This document shows positions 12,754 through 23,781 of a DNA stretch of 64,000 nt, in pieces. The stretch is from Eledone cirrhosa (taxonomy: Eukaryota). The translations under genes were made by a program, and so were the position numbers. The notes under the pieces are model-generated. The model worked only from the letters and a program-made list of their open reading frames with translations, had not been told where the DNA came from and searched no databases. The DNA lies in contig OZ024742.1 of NCBI GenBank assembly GCA_964016885.1, positions 145,948,001 through 146,012,000 of the forward strand, written 5' to 3'. The first letter of the stretch is position 1. Each line of letters starts with the position of its first letter.

Positions 12754-13323
12754 AAGAGAAGAAATTATTCTCAGACCAGAGACTTGGTTTGAATACTTGA
12801 AACAAAGTGGACAACCCTAAAAACACTTAAGAGCCAAGTATTAGAATGTTTGAGAAATATGTAAACAAGAATTTATGACTTTACCTTTCCAAGTGGTAAA
12901 GGGGGAAAAAAATCATAGCCTGCCTACCTCACAGGATGTCTCACTGGTTGATCTTGTTTAGAATGGGGTATATTCAGGAGCACTCTACCCACTAAAGCTC
13001 TGGCCAGAATATCAAAGAGGTACACCATGCTCCTGCTACTTCTGCTTACCTGACATCAGTCGACCTTCTGCTTCCGGCAAGGGCCTCTAGTCCCATGACA
13101 TCAGTCACCCTTACGGCAAGGCCCCACAGCCCCACACTCCAGGAGATAACCAAAGTATAGTTTATTTCTAATCAGCAGCAATACCTTGCCCAGGTTTATA
13201 GAAAGGATCGGAAAAAGTGACATAGCCAAATGACTTTCTTCTTGAAATAATGTGCTTCTAAGCTGAATTTTAGATACTTAGGTGCAAAACTGTGACCTCC
13301 AACTTGGAACATACATTCATGAA

Positions 13324-13543
<220 letters not shown>

Positions 13544-13999
13544 ACCAGACGAATGTATGTATGCAAGCATACAAATGCACACATATATATACATATGTAA
13601 ACACATACACATACATTAACATTTATACAAGAAGATATTACAAGAAGCTAAAAAACAGGTGTGAAATATCTTCTATAACACAATAGTAGGTTAATAAGAC
13701 ATTCTAGAGGAGAAGAAGAAGATAGGGGATGATCTTACAGTTGATAAATATATGCTGAGCTCAACATAGTCCAGCAATATCCAGCTGTAACAGGATGTCA
13801 GTAATTCAGTTCATAGCTGGTTTCCATGAGGCTGAAAAGAAACAATCATCAGATTAATACAAAGAAATAGTGAAAGTTGGTAGCTATAGAAGATATAGGT
13901 TCTGTCCCACTGAGTGGTAGTTTGGGCATGTGTCCTCAGCCATAGGCATCGACTAGTGCCTTGTGGCTGGAATTTGGAAGACAGAAACTGTAGAAGACA

Positions 14000-15522
14000 T
14001 GTGTGTGTGTATGGATGTATGTATGTTCTTCTGGTTTTATAATTTCACAAAGTTTTACCAATAGAGAGAGAGAGTCGGTTTCTAACATAGGCACAAGACT
14101 CTCTCATTGGAATTTACACAACATCAACTAGGTAGATATGTATGTATGTCTGCATGTGTAGATATGGATGTTATTGTATGTGTGGATGTGTATGTTTTGA
14201 GTTGTATGTGTGCATGTGTACATGTGTAGATGCAACATTTTTGGAATGTTTTACATATTTTTACTGTTCTATTAATGGATTGTACTTGTAATTTCCTAAC
14301 TAGTTGTGTTCTTTCTGTTCCTGTGATGCCTAGTTTCTCAGGAATTGTATTGAGGCAGTTACTAACATATCCCAGTGCCCCAATAATCACAGGCATAAAT
14401 CTGAAGGTGTAATCAGGGTGGAGTATCTGCAGATTTCTCATCAGTTCTGCATAAATATTCTCCTTTTCACTAATCTTTGATATTATATTGGCATCTGCTG
14501 GGCAGCTAATTTCCACTACTGTGCATGCTTTCTTCTCCCTGTCCCCATATCATAATATCTGGTGTGTTATGCCTGCATTTTATTGGGGTTTTTACTGGAA
14601 CATTCCACCAGTACTCTTTCATATTATGTACATGGATGTCTTCCACATTGCTGTAGCTTTTAATGTGTTTATTATCGGGGCTATCTTTTTTACGAACTGC
14701 ATTGTACAGTGTTTTGGCCACTACATCATGCCTCATAGGTAGATAGTACCGCGATGACATCTTTGGACAGCTGCTGATGACATGGGTGATATCCTCGATG
14801 TTAGTTCTGCAGAGTCTGCACTTGTTATCACATCTAGGTGTTTTGCCTGCATTCCTATCTCTTTTGTGAATCAGATATTTCGGGTTAATCTCCTGTTCCT
14901 GGATTGCAAAAGCGTATCCTTCAAAGTGGGAGTGAATATAGCGGTTGTTGGTCCAAGGTAGACTACTTTCCTTATCTATATTACTCTCACTCTGGAGCTT
15001 CCTGGCAACATATCCATGCATGATTTTTTGCTGATAGGCATGCGGTTTTTCATTCATGGATTCACTGTGATACTGCTGAGCGACATCCCTGGGTGTGAGT
15101 TTTTGATTATCACACAGAGAATATCTCTCGAGGAGTTCCTTCCCAACTCTCATGATCTTATCTGTTTCATGCAGATAGACTTGCTCGAGAAACAGGCTCC
15201 TACGCTTCGAGGTTCGTAGATGTTGTTGGAGAGATATGATGCAACATTCAAATGTTGTCTGGACCGATGTTAGGCCTCTGCCTCCCTGCTTACATTTCAA
15301 GTAATGGCGGTCTATGTCACTGTTGATGTGGAAGTTTCTGGTGTTATTCAGTATTTTTCGAGTTCCAACATCAACTGCTCGGATTTCGTCTATCGTCCAA
15401 TTGAGTATTCCAAACGTTGGTGTTAGGACAGGCACAGCAAACACATTGTGAGCCACTGTTTTGTTTTGCGCAGAGAGTTCTGATGACCAGATCTTTCTTA
15501 ATCGGGTGTAGTATTCCCTGGT
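14000..15522 (-). mobile_element. R4/Dong-type non-LTR retrotransposon, 3' half (RT thumb, CCHC zinc knuckle, REL endonuclease), frameshifted
   Basis: ORFs 14506..15531 and 14124..14516: AHNVFAVPVLTPTFGILNW, GGRGL, FAIQEQ, CRLC..EDITHVISSC, RHD, RHNTPDI, EISCP, KENIY.EL, PVIIGALG. The 3' UTR ends in CA/CATA repeats. Confidence 0.88.
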
Positions 15523-16938
15523 TATACACAACTAGCACAACTAATTAGAGAAAGGGTCAAACTAGATGAGATGCAGTTTGGTTTTGTGCCTGGGAAGAGT
15601 ACAACAGATGCCTTCTTCTTGGTAAGACAATTGCAAGAGAGGTTCTTAGAGAAAAATAAGCCACTATACTTAGCCTTTGTTGACCTAGAGAAGGCCTTTG
15701 ATAGGGTATCCCGATTTGTCATCTGGTGGTCCCTAAGGAAACTAGGTGTTGAGGAATGGCTTGTGAGGACAGTGCAAACTTTGTACAGAGGTACTCTCAG
15801 TAAAGTCAGGGTAGGAATGGAGTTTAGTGAGGAGTTCCAGATACAAGTAGGAGTACATCAAGGTTCGGTCCTCAGCCCGCTCTTGTTCATTATAGTCCTC
15901 CAAGCCATAACAGAGTAGTTTAATACTGGCTGTCCATGGGAACTTCTCTATGTGGACGATCTGATTCTTATAGCAGAATCAGTAGAGAAGCTAGAGAATA
16001 AATTCTGGCTATGGAAACAGCAGTTGGAATCAAGAGGACTGAGAGTGAACCTAGCTAAGACAAAAGTGTTGACGAGTAGAAAAGAGGACAAAACTGATTC
16101 CGTCAGGGAAATGGCCATGTTCGATATGCAGAAAAGGAACTGGCATAAATTCTATAAAATGCACACAATGCAGATCCTGGGTACACAAGAGATGTAGCGG
16201 GATAGCAGGCAAACTAACAGGTAGGGAGAAATATGTATGCAGTAGATGTACAGGTAAATTAGACAGTAGAAGTCGCATTAATAGACACATTTTTCAAATG
16301 CAGGAGGGTGCTATAGAAGTGGTGGATAGCTTCCCGTACCTAGGAGATCAGATTAGCATGGGAGGGGGTGTTCCGAGGCCATAGTATCTAGAATAAGGAT
16401 GGGTTGGAAGAAGTTTAGGGAGCTGCTTCCTCTGCTGACGAAGAAGGATTTCTCCCTGCGTACGAAAGGCCGGTTATTTGATGCCTGTGTGAGGAGCGCG
16501 ATGCTGCATGGTAGTGAGACATGGGCAGCAACTGCAGAGGATATGCGACGGCTGGAGAGAAATGAGGCAAGCATGCTCCGTTGGATGTGCAGTGTCAATG
16601 TGCGTGAACGACCCAGCATGAATGTGTTGAGAGAGAAACTGTGTCTGAGAGGGATAGAATGTAGTGTACGGGAGAGGAGACTGAGGTGGTATGGACATGT
16701 GATGCGCATGGAGGATGACCGATGGGTGAAGAAGTGCCAGGAAATGCCAGTTGAAGGAAGACGTGGTAGAGGTAGACCACAAAAAACATGGGCGGATATA
16801 GTGAGAACAGACCTCAGATCGTTGAAGGTCACGGTGGAGATGACGAAGGACCATGACGAGTGGAGAGATGCTGTGCTGAATAAGACCCGTCCCACCCTTG
16901 CAAACAGGGAAGAGCGGATGTAAAATGATGATGATGAT
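15523..16938 (+). mobile_element. RTE LINE family A, 5'-truncated, with stops and frameshifts, (GAT)n tail
   Basis: MQFGFVPGKSTTD, FVDLEKAFD, GVHQGSVLSP, LLYVDDL, PHD-like Cys segment, RLRWYGHVMR, GRGRP.KTW. The ORF runs into the tail cccgtcccacccttgcaaacagggaagagcggatgtaaaatgatgat. Confidence 0.93.
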
Positions 16939-17568
16939 TATATATATATATATAGAGAGAGAGAGATACTGATCTGATTGTGATGACACACTGAACCCTT
17001 GAAAGAAGAGTAAACAGATGTTAAACAATGATATATAAATTCAAATGAAAAGATATATGTATATATATAACGAGAGAAAGAGCCATATACTGTTTGAGAA
17101 ACACATAGTATTTAGTACATTTATATAAAGCACATAATATGTATATATATATATGGTGTTAGGGCATCCAGCCGTAGAAAACCTGCCAGATAGTCCTATA
17201 CAAGCGAGACACGGTCACCCGACCAATCTTGCCTCAAGTGGGACAACTCCCATCTAACCCATGCTAGCATGGAAGATGGACGTTAAAAGATGATGATGAT
17301 GATGATGATATATATATATATATGCGTGTGTTCATGTTTTTGTTTATGTCCAGTAACTTAGGGATGCAACAAAAAGTGATCGATAATGTAAGTACCAGAC
17401 TTGAAAAATAAGAACTGGGATCAATATGATCAACTACATAAAATCAGTGCCCAGCATGGCCACAGTCTACTGACTGAAATAAATAAAAGAAAACGAACAT
17501 AAAACATAGTAGATACAGAAGATCTAGAGATATAGCAGATATAGAAGCTATAGAAAGATGGTGAAAGT

Positions 17569-17900
17569 GAAGGCACTTGGCTTAGTGGTTAAAATGTTGG
17601 GTTCATGATTGTGTAGTTGTGAGTTTCGATTCCCAGGCAGTTCATTTTATCCTTGAATAAGATACTTTATTACACGTTACTCCAGTTCACTCAGCTGGGA
17701 AGAATGAGTTGTGATGTCACTAGTGCCAAGCAGTGCCAGCCTTTGCATTTCCCATGGATAACATCGATGGCATGGAGAGAAGAGACTGGTAAACATGGTT
17801 GACTGCTGGTCTTTCACAAATCCACTTTGCTTGTGCTTATGTCTCAGAGAGGAACTTTCTCAGTGCAAACACATGGTCAATCAAGACTGAAGGAGGCCTA
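17569..17900 (+). mobile_element. tRNA-derived CORE-like SINE with a different 3' part
   Basis: A-box tggcttagtggtt, B-box gtttcgattcc, CORE-like tccttgaataagatactt..cactcagctg. Confidence 0.7.
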
Positions 17901-18589
17901 TGATAAGAAATATGGTAAATGTAGGTGGTTATATTTATTTGTTGTGCTTTTGCTGAATTTGATTTTCGGATCTTTTTTGTCTTATTGGTATGCTGGGAAA
18001 AGTAGTACTGTCTTAGCACTTGAAACCACAAAGACACCCAATAGACAGCTGGTGAGTGAGACATTTCCTTATGTCCATCTTCTCTAAGTTTTTAGTATCC
18101 TTCCTTTGACCAGCATGTTAATTTTGATTTTATACATCATCAACACAGATTTTTGGCAATTTCTCATGTTGGCATAGGTTGAATAAATTGACGTACCCAG
18201 AGTGAATGTTATAGCAAGTGTTGGATTATCAGGGTGACCTTGAAGAGTCAGGGTGACAGCTGGTATTTTTGAGTTGAGTGTTGGGGGAAAGGCTAAGATA
18301 CATCATCTTATATGTAGACAGCAAGCATGAGAGGGTGGAGGAATTAATTTAGATAGTATGGGGGAAAAATCAAGGATGTAAAAGGGCAGAGGAGATAGAT
18401 CAAGGTAGGAGAGGGAGGGAGAAGGGTTAAATTGGCAAGGGGTGGGGGGAGAAGCAGGAAGAGCAAGGGGTATATTAGCAATTAGGGAAGATGTAGTTGG
18501 AGGAATGGGCATATTTGCAGGGGTGGGATAATCTATATGTTGATATATCTCAAAGCATCTACACTATGATCTTCCTTTCACATGTTTTA

Positions 18590-19040
18590 TCCTGCTTAAA
18601 AATTGACAGTCAACTTGATCCTCTGTCATCTCATTTGAGAGTTTCAGCCTTCACCATGTCATCCCATGTTTTCCTAGATCTTCCTCTTCCACATGTTCCA
18701 TCCTTTTAAGTGCCTTGCACATCTCTATGCAACTGTCATCCAGATGCATCACATGTTGATAACAATGCAGTCTTCTCTTTTGTACACTACATCCAGTCTC
18801 TTTTATGCTGTGTTCTTCTCTTACCTTATTGATGCTTCATCTTTTATATACACTGCTAATATGCATCCTTTGGAGCATGCTCATCTCATTTCTTTTCAAT
18901 CTTTGCAAATCCTATGCCCTCGAGACTCAAGTCTCACTTCCATGCAGCATCACAGTTCACACACAGGAATAATATAATCTGCCTTTCACTCTGAAAGAGA
19001 ACCTCTTTATAGCCAGCAGAAGTAGTAGCTCCCTGAACAT
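18590..19040 (-). mobile_element. Degenerate RTE LINE 3' fragment
   Basis: Reverse complement reads FRELLLLLA.KRFSFRVKGRLY; MLHGSET; GRGRSRKTWD. Confidence 0.7.
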
Positions 19041-19564
19041 TAGTTACTGTAAATTCAGAGCAACTACATCCACCACTAGTATATACACCACATGATGTAA
19101 TAATTCAAAATACATCATATCTTCAACTTGGTAGTGTTCTTAATATTTTTCCTATTTCTTAATCTTTTCTTTTCTTACTCTACTTTGATAAAGGGTTTCA
19201 CCTGCAACTCCCCTCTCTCTTCAGTGCAAACATTTCTACTGTACACACATTGTTCTAATTTTTGTGCAAATATTTTTCAACCATGTTTTCTTTTTTTCAC
19301 AATTCTTTTTCACTTTTTGTTTATCTGTTCTTAACCTTTTTATGTTTTATTTTTGCTCCCCCATTCTTTTGTGTCGTTCTGACCTTCTCCTCCTACTACT
19401 ACTACTACATTTGTTTTTCTGTGTATTTTATTTGAATTGTCCCATTTCCATTAGTCAGAAATAATGAAGATCATATTAAATTTGTTTGTAATTGTCGAGA
19501 GTGTTGTCACATTGTTGGAGAGGACATTGTCCTTTTTATTATTGGAAAGATTTTCACTAATACT

Positions 19565-19620
<56 letters not shown>

Positions 19621-19645
19621 TGTGAGTATAAGAGAGAGAGAGAGA

Positions 19646-19690
<45 letters not shown>
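19565..19690. repeat. Compound microsatellite (TG)n(GA)n(TA)n
   Basis: Directly visible. Confidence 0.95.
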
Positions 19691-19693
<3 letters not shown>

Positions 19694-19855
19694 TGGAATG
19701 TAGATTTATAGGTATATAAATAACACACATTAACAGTTTGAACACTACTTAAAAATGAGGAAAATTAAATATCTATTAGTAGATATTTAAATAGATATTT
19801 CTTACACAGTTATAATGTATATGGAATCTGAGATTCATGCTATTCCCAAATAACA

Positions 19856-20744
19856 TTAACTCTTTTAACACCTGAGACCACTTCAGTTCGTATGATAGAA
19901 AACCACTCGTTATAAAATGTTCTTTAAATATGAATAGCTTCCATCATAATTTTATATAAATGAAATATGTTCTGACAAAGTTATAAAAATATCTCCAAAC
20001 TCTTGATAACTTTCAAACTTATTTGAAACATATAGGCAGTGTCTTTTATAAGGAATATGGTTTTGAAATGTTAACGCTTTTGAAGCCAAATCACTTGAAA
20101 CTGCCCCTGTTTCTATGACATAAAACTGTTTGATTTAAAGTATTTAAATTTATCTAAAAACCTTCCATCATAATTTTCTGTAAGAAAACTTTGTTAAATT
20201 ATGCTCCAAACACCATCTTAATAATGGTTTCTGATTTAGGCACAAGGCCAGCAAATTTTTGGGGAGGGCAAAGTTATTAAATTGATCCCAGTGCACGACT
20301 GGTACTTTATTTTATTGACCCCATAAAGATGAAAGGCAAAGCTAACCTAGGCAGGGTTTGAACTTGGAACATAAAGGGAGAGCTAGCTATAATATTATAT
20401 CACTCCCAATTCTGCAGAAGAATGGAAGATATCCAAATACCAGGATTTAACTGACCACTTCCTTTCCGTGCCAATCACCATCGAGACATTTGCTCTCCTT
20501 AGTCCCTGAAGTGCATTCCACCTGAGGATGGAGCCTCATTGAGGTGGGGTGGTTGATGCAGTGGGTATCATGGCTGTTCTCTGTAGCATTGTTTTTGCCA
20601 TCTTGTCTGTGAGGCACAATTGAGATGCACCACCTAGACAGGGCTGTAATGTTGGCCCTTCCCTTACCCCTTTCCATTTTTTCAAAATAATTTGAAAATC
20701 ATAGGCAGCATCTTTGATAAGGAATATGGTTTAGAAAGTGTTAA
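19856..20744 (-). mobile_element. Two tandem TTAA MITE copies sharing one TTAA (20071-20074); the second is interrupted by a Meta-like SINE (20225-20380) and other sequence
   Basis: TTAA at 19856, 20071 and 20741 delimit two reverse-oriented copies of the 4714/53196 family. Confidence 0.65.
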
Positions 20745-21449
20745 GTGAAGTAGGGATAGTTACAATGAAGATCCTAAAATTGGGTCAGAACCTCAACAGG
20801 CTTACCTCCCTGCATTGTTCTTGCAACCAGGAAATAGCTGGAATACTTTAACAGCTTCTGCTGTTTTATCACAATCCCAATAATTACCTGTATACTACTG
20901 TTCACTTAAAACAAACATTTTGGGTAATAATTTGAAACGTGGTAATCCAAATGCAAAAGATAACTGTAACTACAGATGATCACCATAAATAATAGCTTTA
21001 GAAAATCAGATTTGTCCCTAAAGGTATTTTACCAGATTTTTGAAAGCTATTATTTAAACAATTGGGTGTTGTTACATTTCAAATTACCTTACATCTCAGT
21101 AAGTCATACAATTTATTTCTAAGACTTTTTGAAGATTAAAAAAAATATTTTTTACTTTTGAACTGTTCATTTTATATAACACACACATGACCCACAATCA
21201 ACAGTTGCCCTTGTTTAAGATAAATATGTCAAAGCTATTATATCTAGGAACAATCTCATTGAGTCATACATCCATAAGAATGTTAGATATATTGTTATGT
21301 ATATAGCATTATATAGTTTTGTGATGTGTGTGTAAAGAGAGAGTGACTACACTACATATAATTACACATGTTAACGTCACACACATACATACATATATAA
21401 TATTAAAAAGGACGATTTGTTACCCCCTCTTTCTCTCTCTCTCGCGCTC

Positions 21450-21480
<31 letters not shown>

Positions 21481-21502
21481 TATATACATGGCACTAATAA
21501 GT

Positions 21503-22128
21503 GTGGTTCAAAATTGAAGCATATACGGACCCATATACAATATGTTTAGTATGTATAATAAACATGCACAGTCTTGCTGTGAGTATTTTAAGCTGTCCTC
21601 ATATCTGTGTAAGAGTATTATATACATATTTCAGGATTTTTATCCATTTTCAGTAATGCCTACTTATTATAAAACACTGTGGTACAGAAATTAATAACTA
21701 TCATAATTACTACTAGCCTGTAAAGTTTGCACTATATGTAAATAAACTATCATTAAAAATGGTTTATTTACAAAATGTATAAGAAGTTATTAACCTCTGT
21801 TACTGAAGATGGATAAAAATTCCGAAATACATATATAACACCCTTACATAAATACAGGAGTAGCTGTCATGTAATCACAGCTTAAAATACTCAGACTAAA
21901 TATATGTTTATATATGTTTATTATACATAAACACATTGTATTTGGATCCACATATACCTCCATTTGGAACCTTACTGTATTAATTACACTGCTAATTTCT
22001 ACTAGCTCATCAAGCTTGCACTAAATGTAAATAAGCCATCATAAAAAATTATTTATTTACAAAATCTATAAGAAGTTATTAACTTCAGGACTTCAGTATT
22101 TCATAGTAAGTAAGCATTACTGAAGAAT
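21503..22128. mobile_element. Non-coding hammerhead-bearing repeat (PLE pseudo-LTR remnant or retrozyme-like): an inverted partial copy plus about 1.4 tandem copies of a ~317-bp unit
   Basis: 21503-21670 is the reverse complement of about 21797-21972. 21705-21810 repeats at about 21995-22128. Confidence 0.65.
21798..21840 (+). ncRNA. Minimal type I hammerhead ribozyme motif
   Basis: TGTTA-CTGAAGA-T-GGA(TAAAAAT)TCC-GAAA-TA(CA)TA-T-A-TAACA: the core is intact and stems I, II and III all pair. Confidence 0.75.
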
Positions 22129-22252
22129 AGATACACCATATCCTTAGCCGTTATAAAGGGTAATTAAAAGACGGTGTCATCAGTAAGGGCATTTGGCTGT
22201 AAAACAGCCTCAAACCATCCTATCCAACCCATGCCAGTGTGGAAAAATGGAT

Positions 22253-22508
22253 ATATATGATAAAGTAAAACGACAGGAGGCCGGGCAGGTTTAATTCCCT
22301 TAATTATTTATTTCTGCAAACACTATGTACATTTCAGTGGCCAGGTTGCATAGGAACCTGGTGACATCTTCAGGTGTATATTGCATAATAGTTGTATACT
22401 CTAAGGAATGATGGTAAACACATTCCAAGAAGCTTTAGTGTCTGCAGAAATAAATAATTAAGTGAATTCAACCTGCCCGGCCTCCCGTCATTTTACTTTA
22501 TAATATAT
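22253..22508. mobile_element. Foldback/MITE with ~70-bp terminal inverted repeats
   Basis: taaagtaaaacgacaggaggccgggcaggtttaattcccttaattatttatttctgcaaacacta (22261-22325) pairs with 22436-22500; TA-rich flanks. Confidence 0.8.
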
Positions 22509-22651
22509 TTAACTCCGTTCCCGCACCACCAGCAGGATTCAATACCAAAGATGGAGGAGTTGCATAATGTTGATTGCTTTCCTACCATTACATCAGGATT
22601 AACATTGCAGAACACGACCAATTCTACCCAGTGGTGAACCACTAAATTTAA

Positions 22652-22688
<37 letters not shown>

Positions 22689-22859
22689 GTGGCTGATCTC
22701 TTCACGATCACTGTTTTCATTTTATCTGGCCTTTATAACATATGTCAATTGCTCTGGTCTTCTTTTAGTCCATTGAGCGCTTGCCGCATATCTCGAGGAT
22801 TGCGTTTCGTTTTTTTTTTACCCCCCCCTAAATACGATCTCGCTAAAATTATCATCATC

Positions 22860-23545
22860 ATCTTGTATTTTAAAATCCCATAATTCTTCTCTTATTACAG
22901 TTATACTCTCGTTCGATTATGGCCAAAATTTGTGGATTTTATTTTATAACCTTTTCGCTAACTACCCCAGTTATATGCTCGTTCAATTATGGCCAAAATT
23001 CGTGGATTTTATTCTATAACCTCTCAATTTTTATTCTATTTTTATTCTATTTTTATTTTTATAAAATAACCTTCTCGCTCATTTAATTATGGTCGAAATT
23101 CTAGGATTTTATAAAATAACCTTCCTGTTCCCTACTATTCCCCCCCCCCCCTATACATCGTATACGCGCCTGTTGGCCCTCTCTCAATTCCATCCCCTCT
23201 CTCTTCAAATATAAAATAAACTTGTTGCGGGGGTACGAAACTCAAAATTTGTTGACCCCTTATTCTTGGCTACATTGCTCACTCGGTCTTCTGTGTAATG
23301 TAATGTACAAATCCTATTTTTCTCGCCTCTCCATGTTCCCCGGTCCATTCATCTATCTGTATCATATCGTCCAGAATCCAATCTTTTCTTTTTCAATGCT
23401 ATTCGATAATTCTGTCTGATCGTTCAAAATAATCTTCTTGTATTTTAAAATCCCATAATTCTCCTATTACAGTTATATGCTCGTTCGATTATGGCCAAAA
23501 TTCGTGGATTTTATTTTATAACCTGCTCGCTAACTACCTCAGATC
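22860..23545. repeat. Dispersed ~55-bp subrepeats (4 copies) upstream of the RTE ORF, possibly its 5' UTR
   Basis: cagttatatgctcgttcgattatggccaaaattcgtggattttattttataacc at about 22898, 22968, 23075 (diverged) and 23470. Confidence 0.75.
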
Positions 23546-23781
23546 CCTTCCCCCTGCCCCCACTCGCCACCATTATTATTTGGACCAATCATAATCTAGC
23601 GGCCTATGTTATCACTTCTTAAGTTTTGACCTGGTTGCCTTTCGATATGAGGGATGGACTACGGAATTCTGGAGATTCTGAAAAATCTGGACACTCAGTG
23701 ACAATGCCAAAGATAAAGACAAATTCACCTCATGCTGCCAGATGAGAATGCAAGGACTCCTCCTCTTTATTTCGGCTGCAG

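Noticed and set aside
20807-20888. Possible minus-strand internal exon (also candidates near 48685-48733 and 9016-9070)
   Set aside because: Short open frames with weak splice signals and no recognisable protein similarity.
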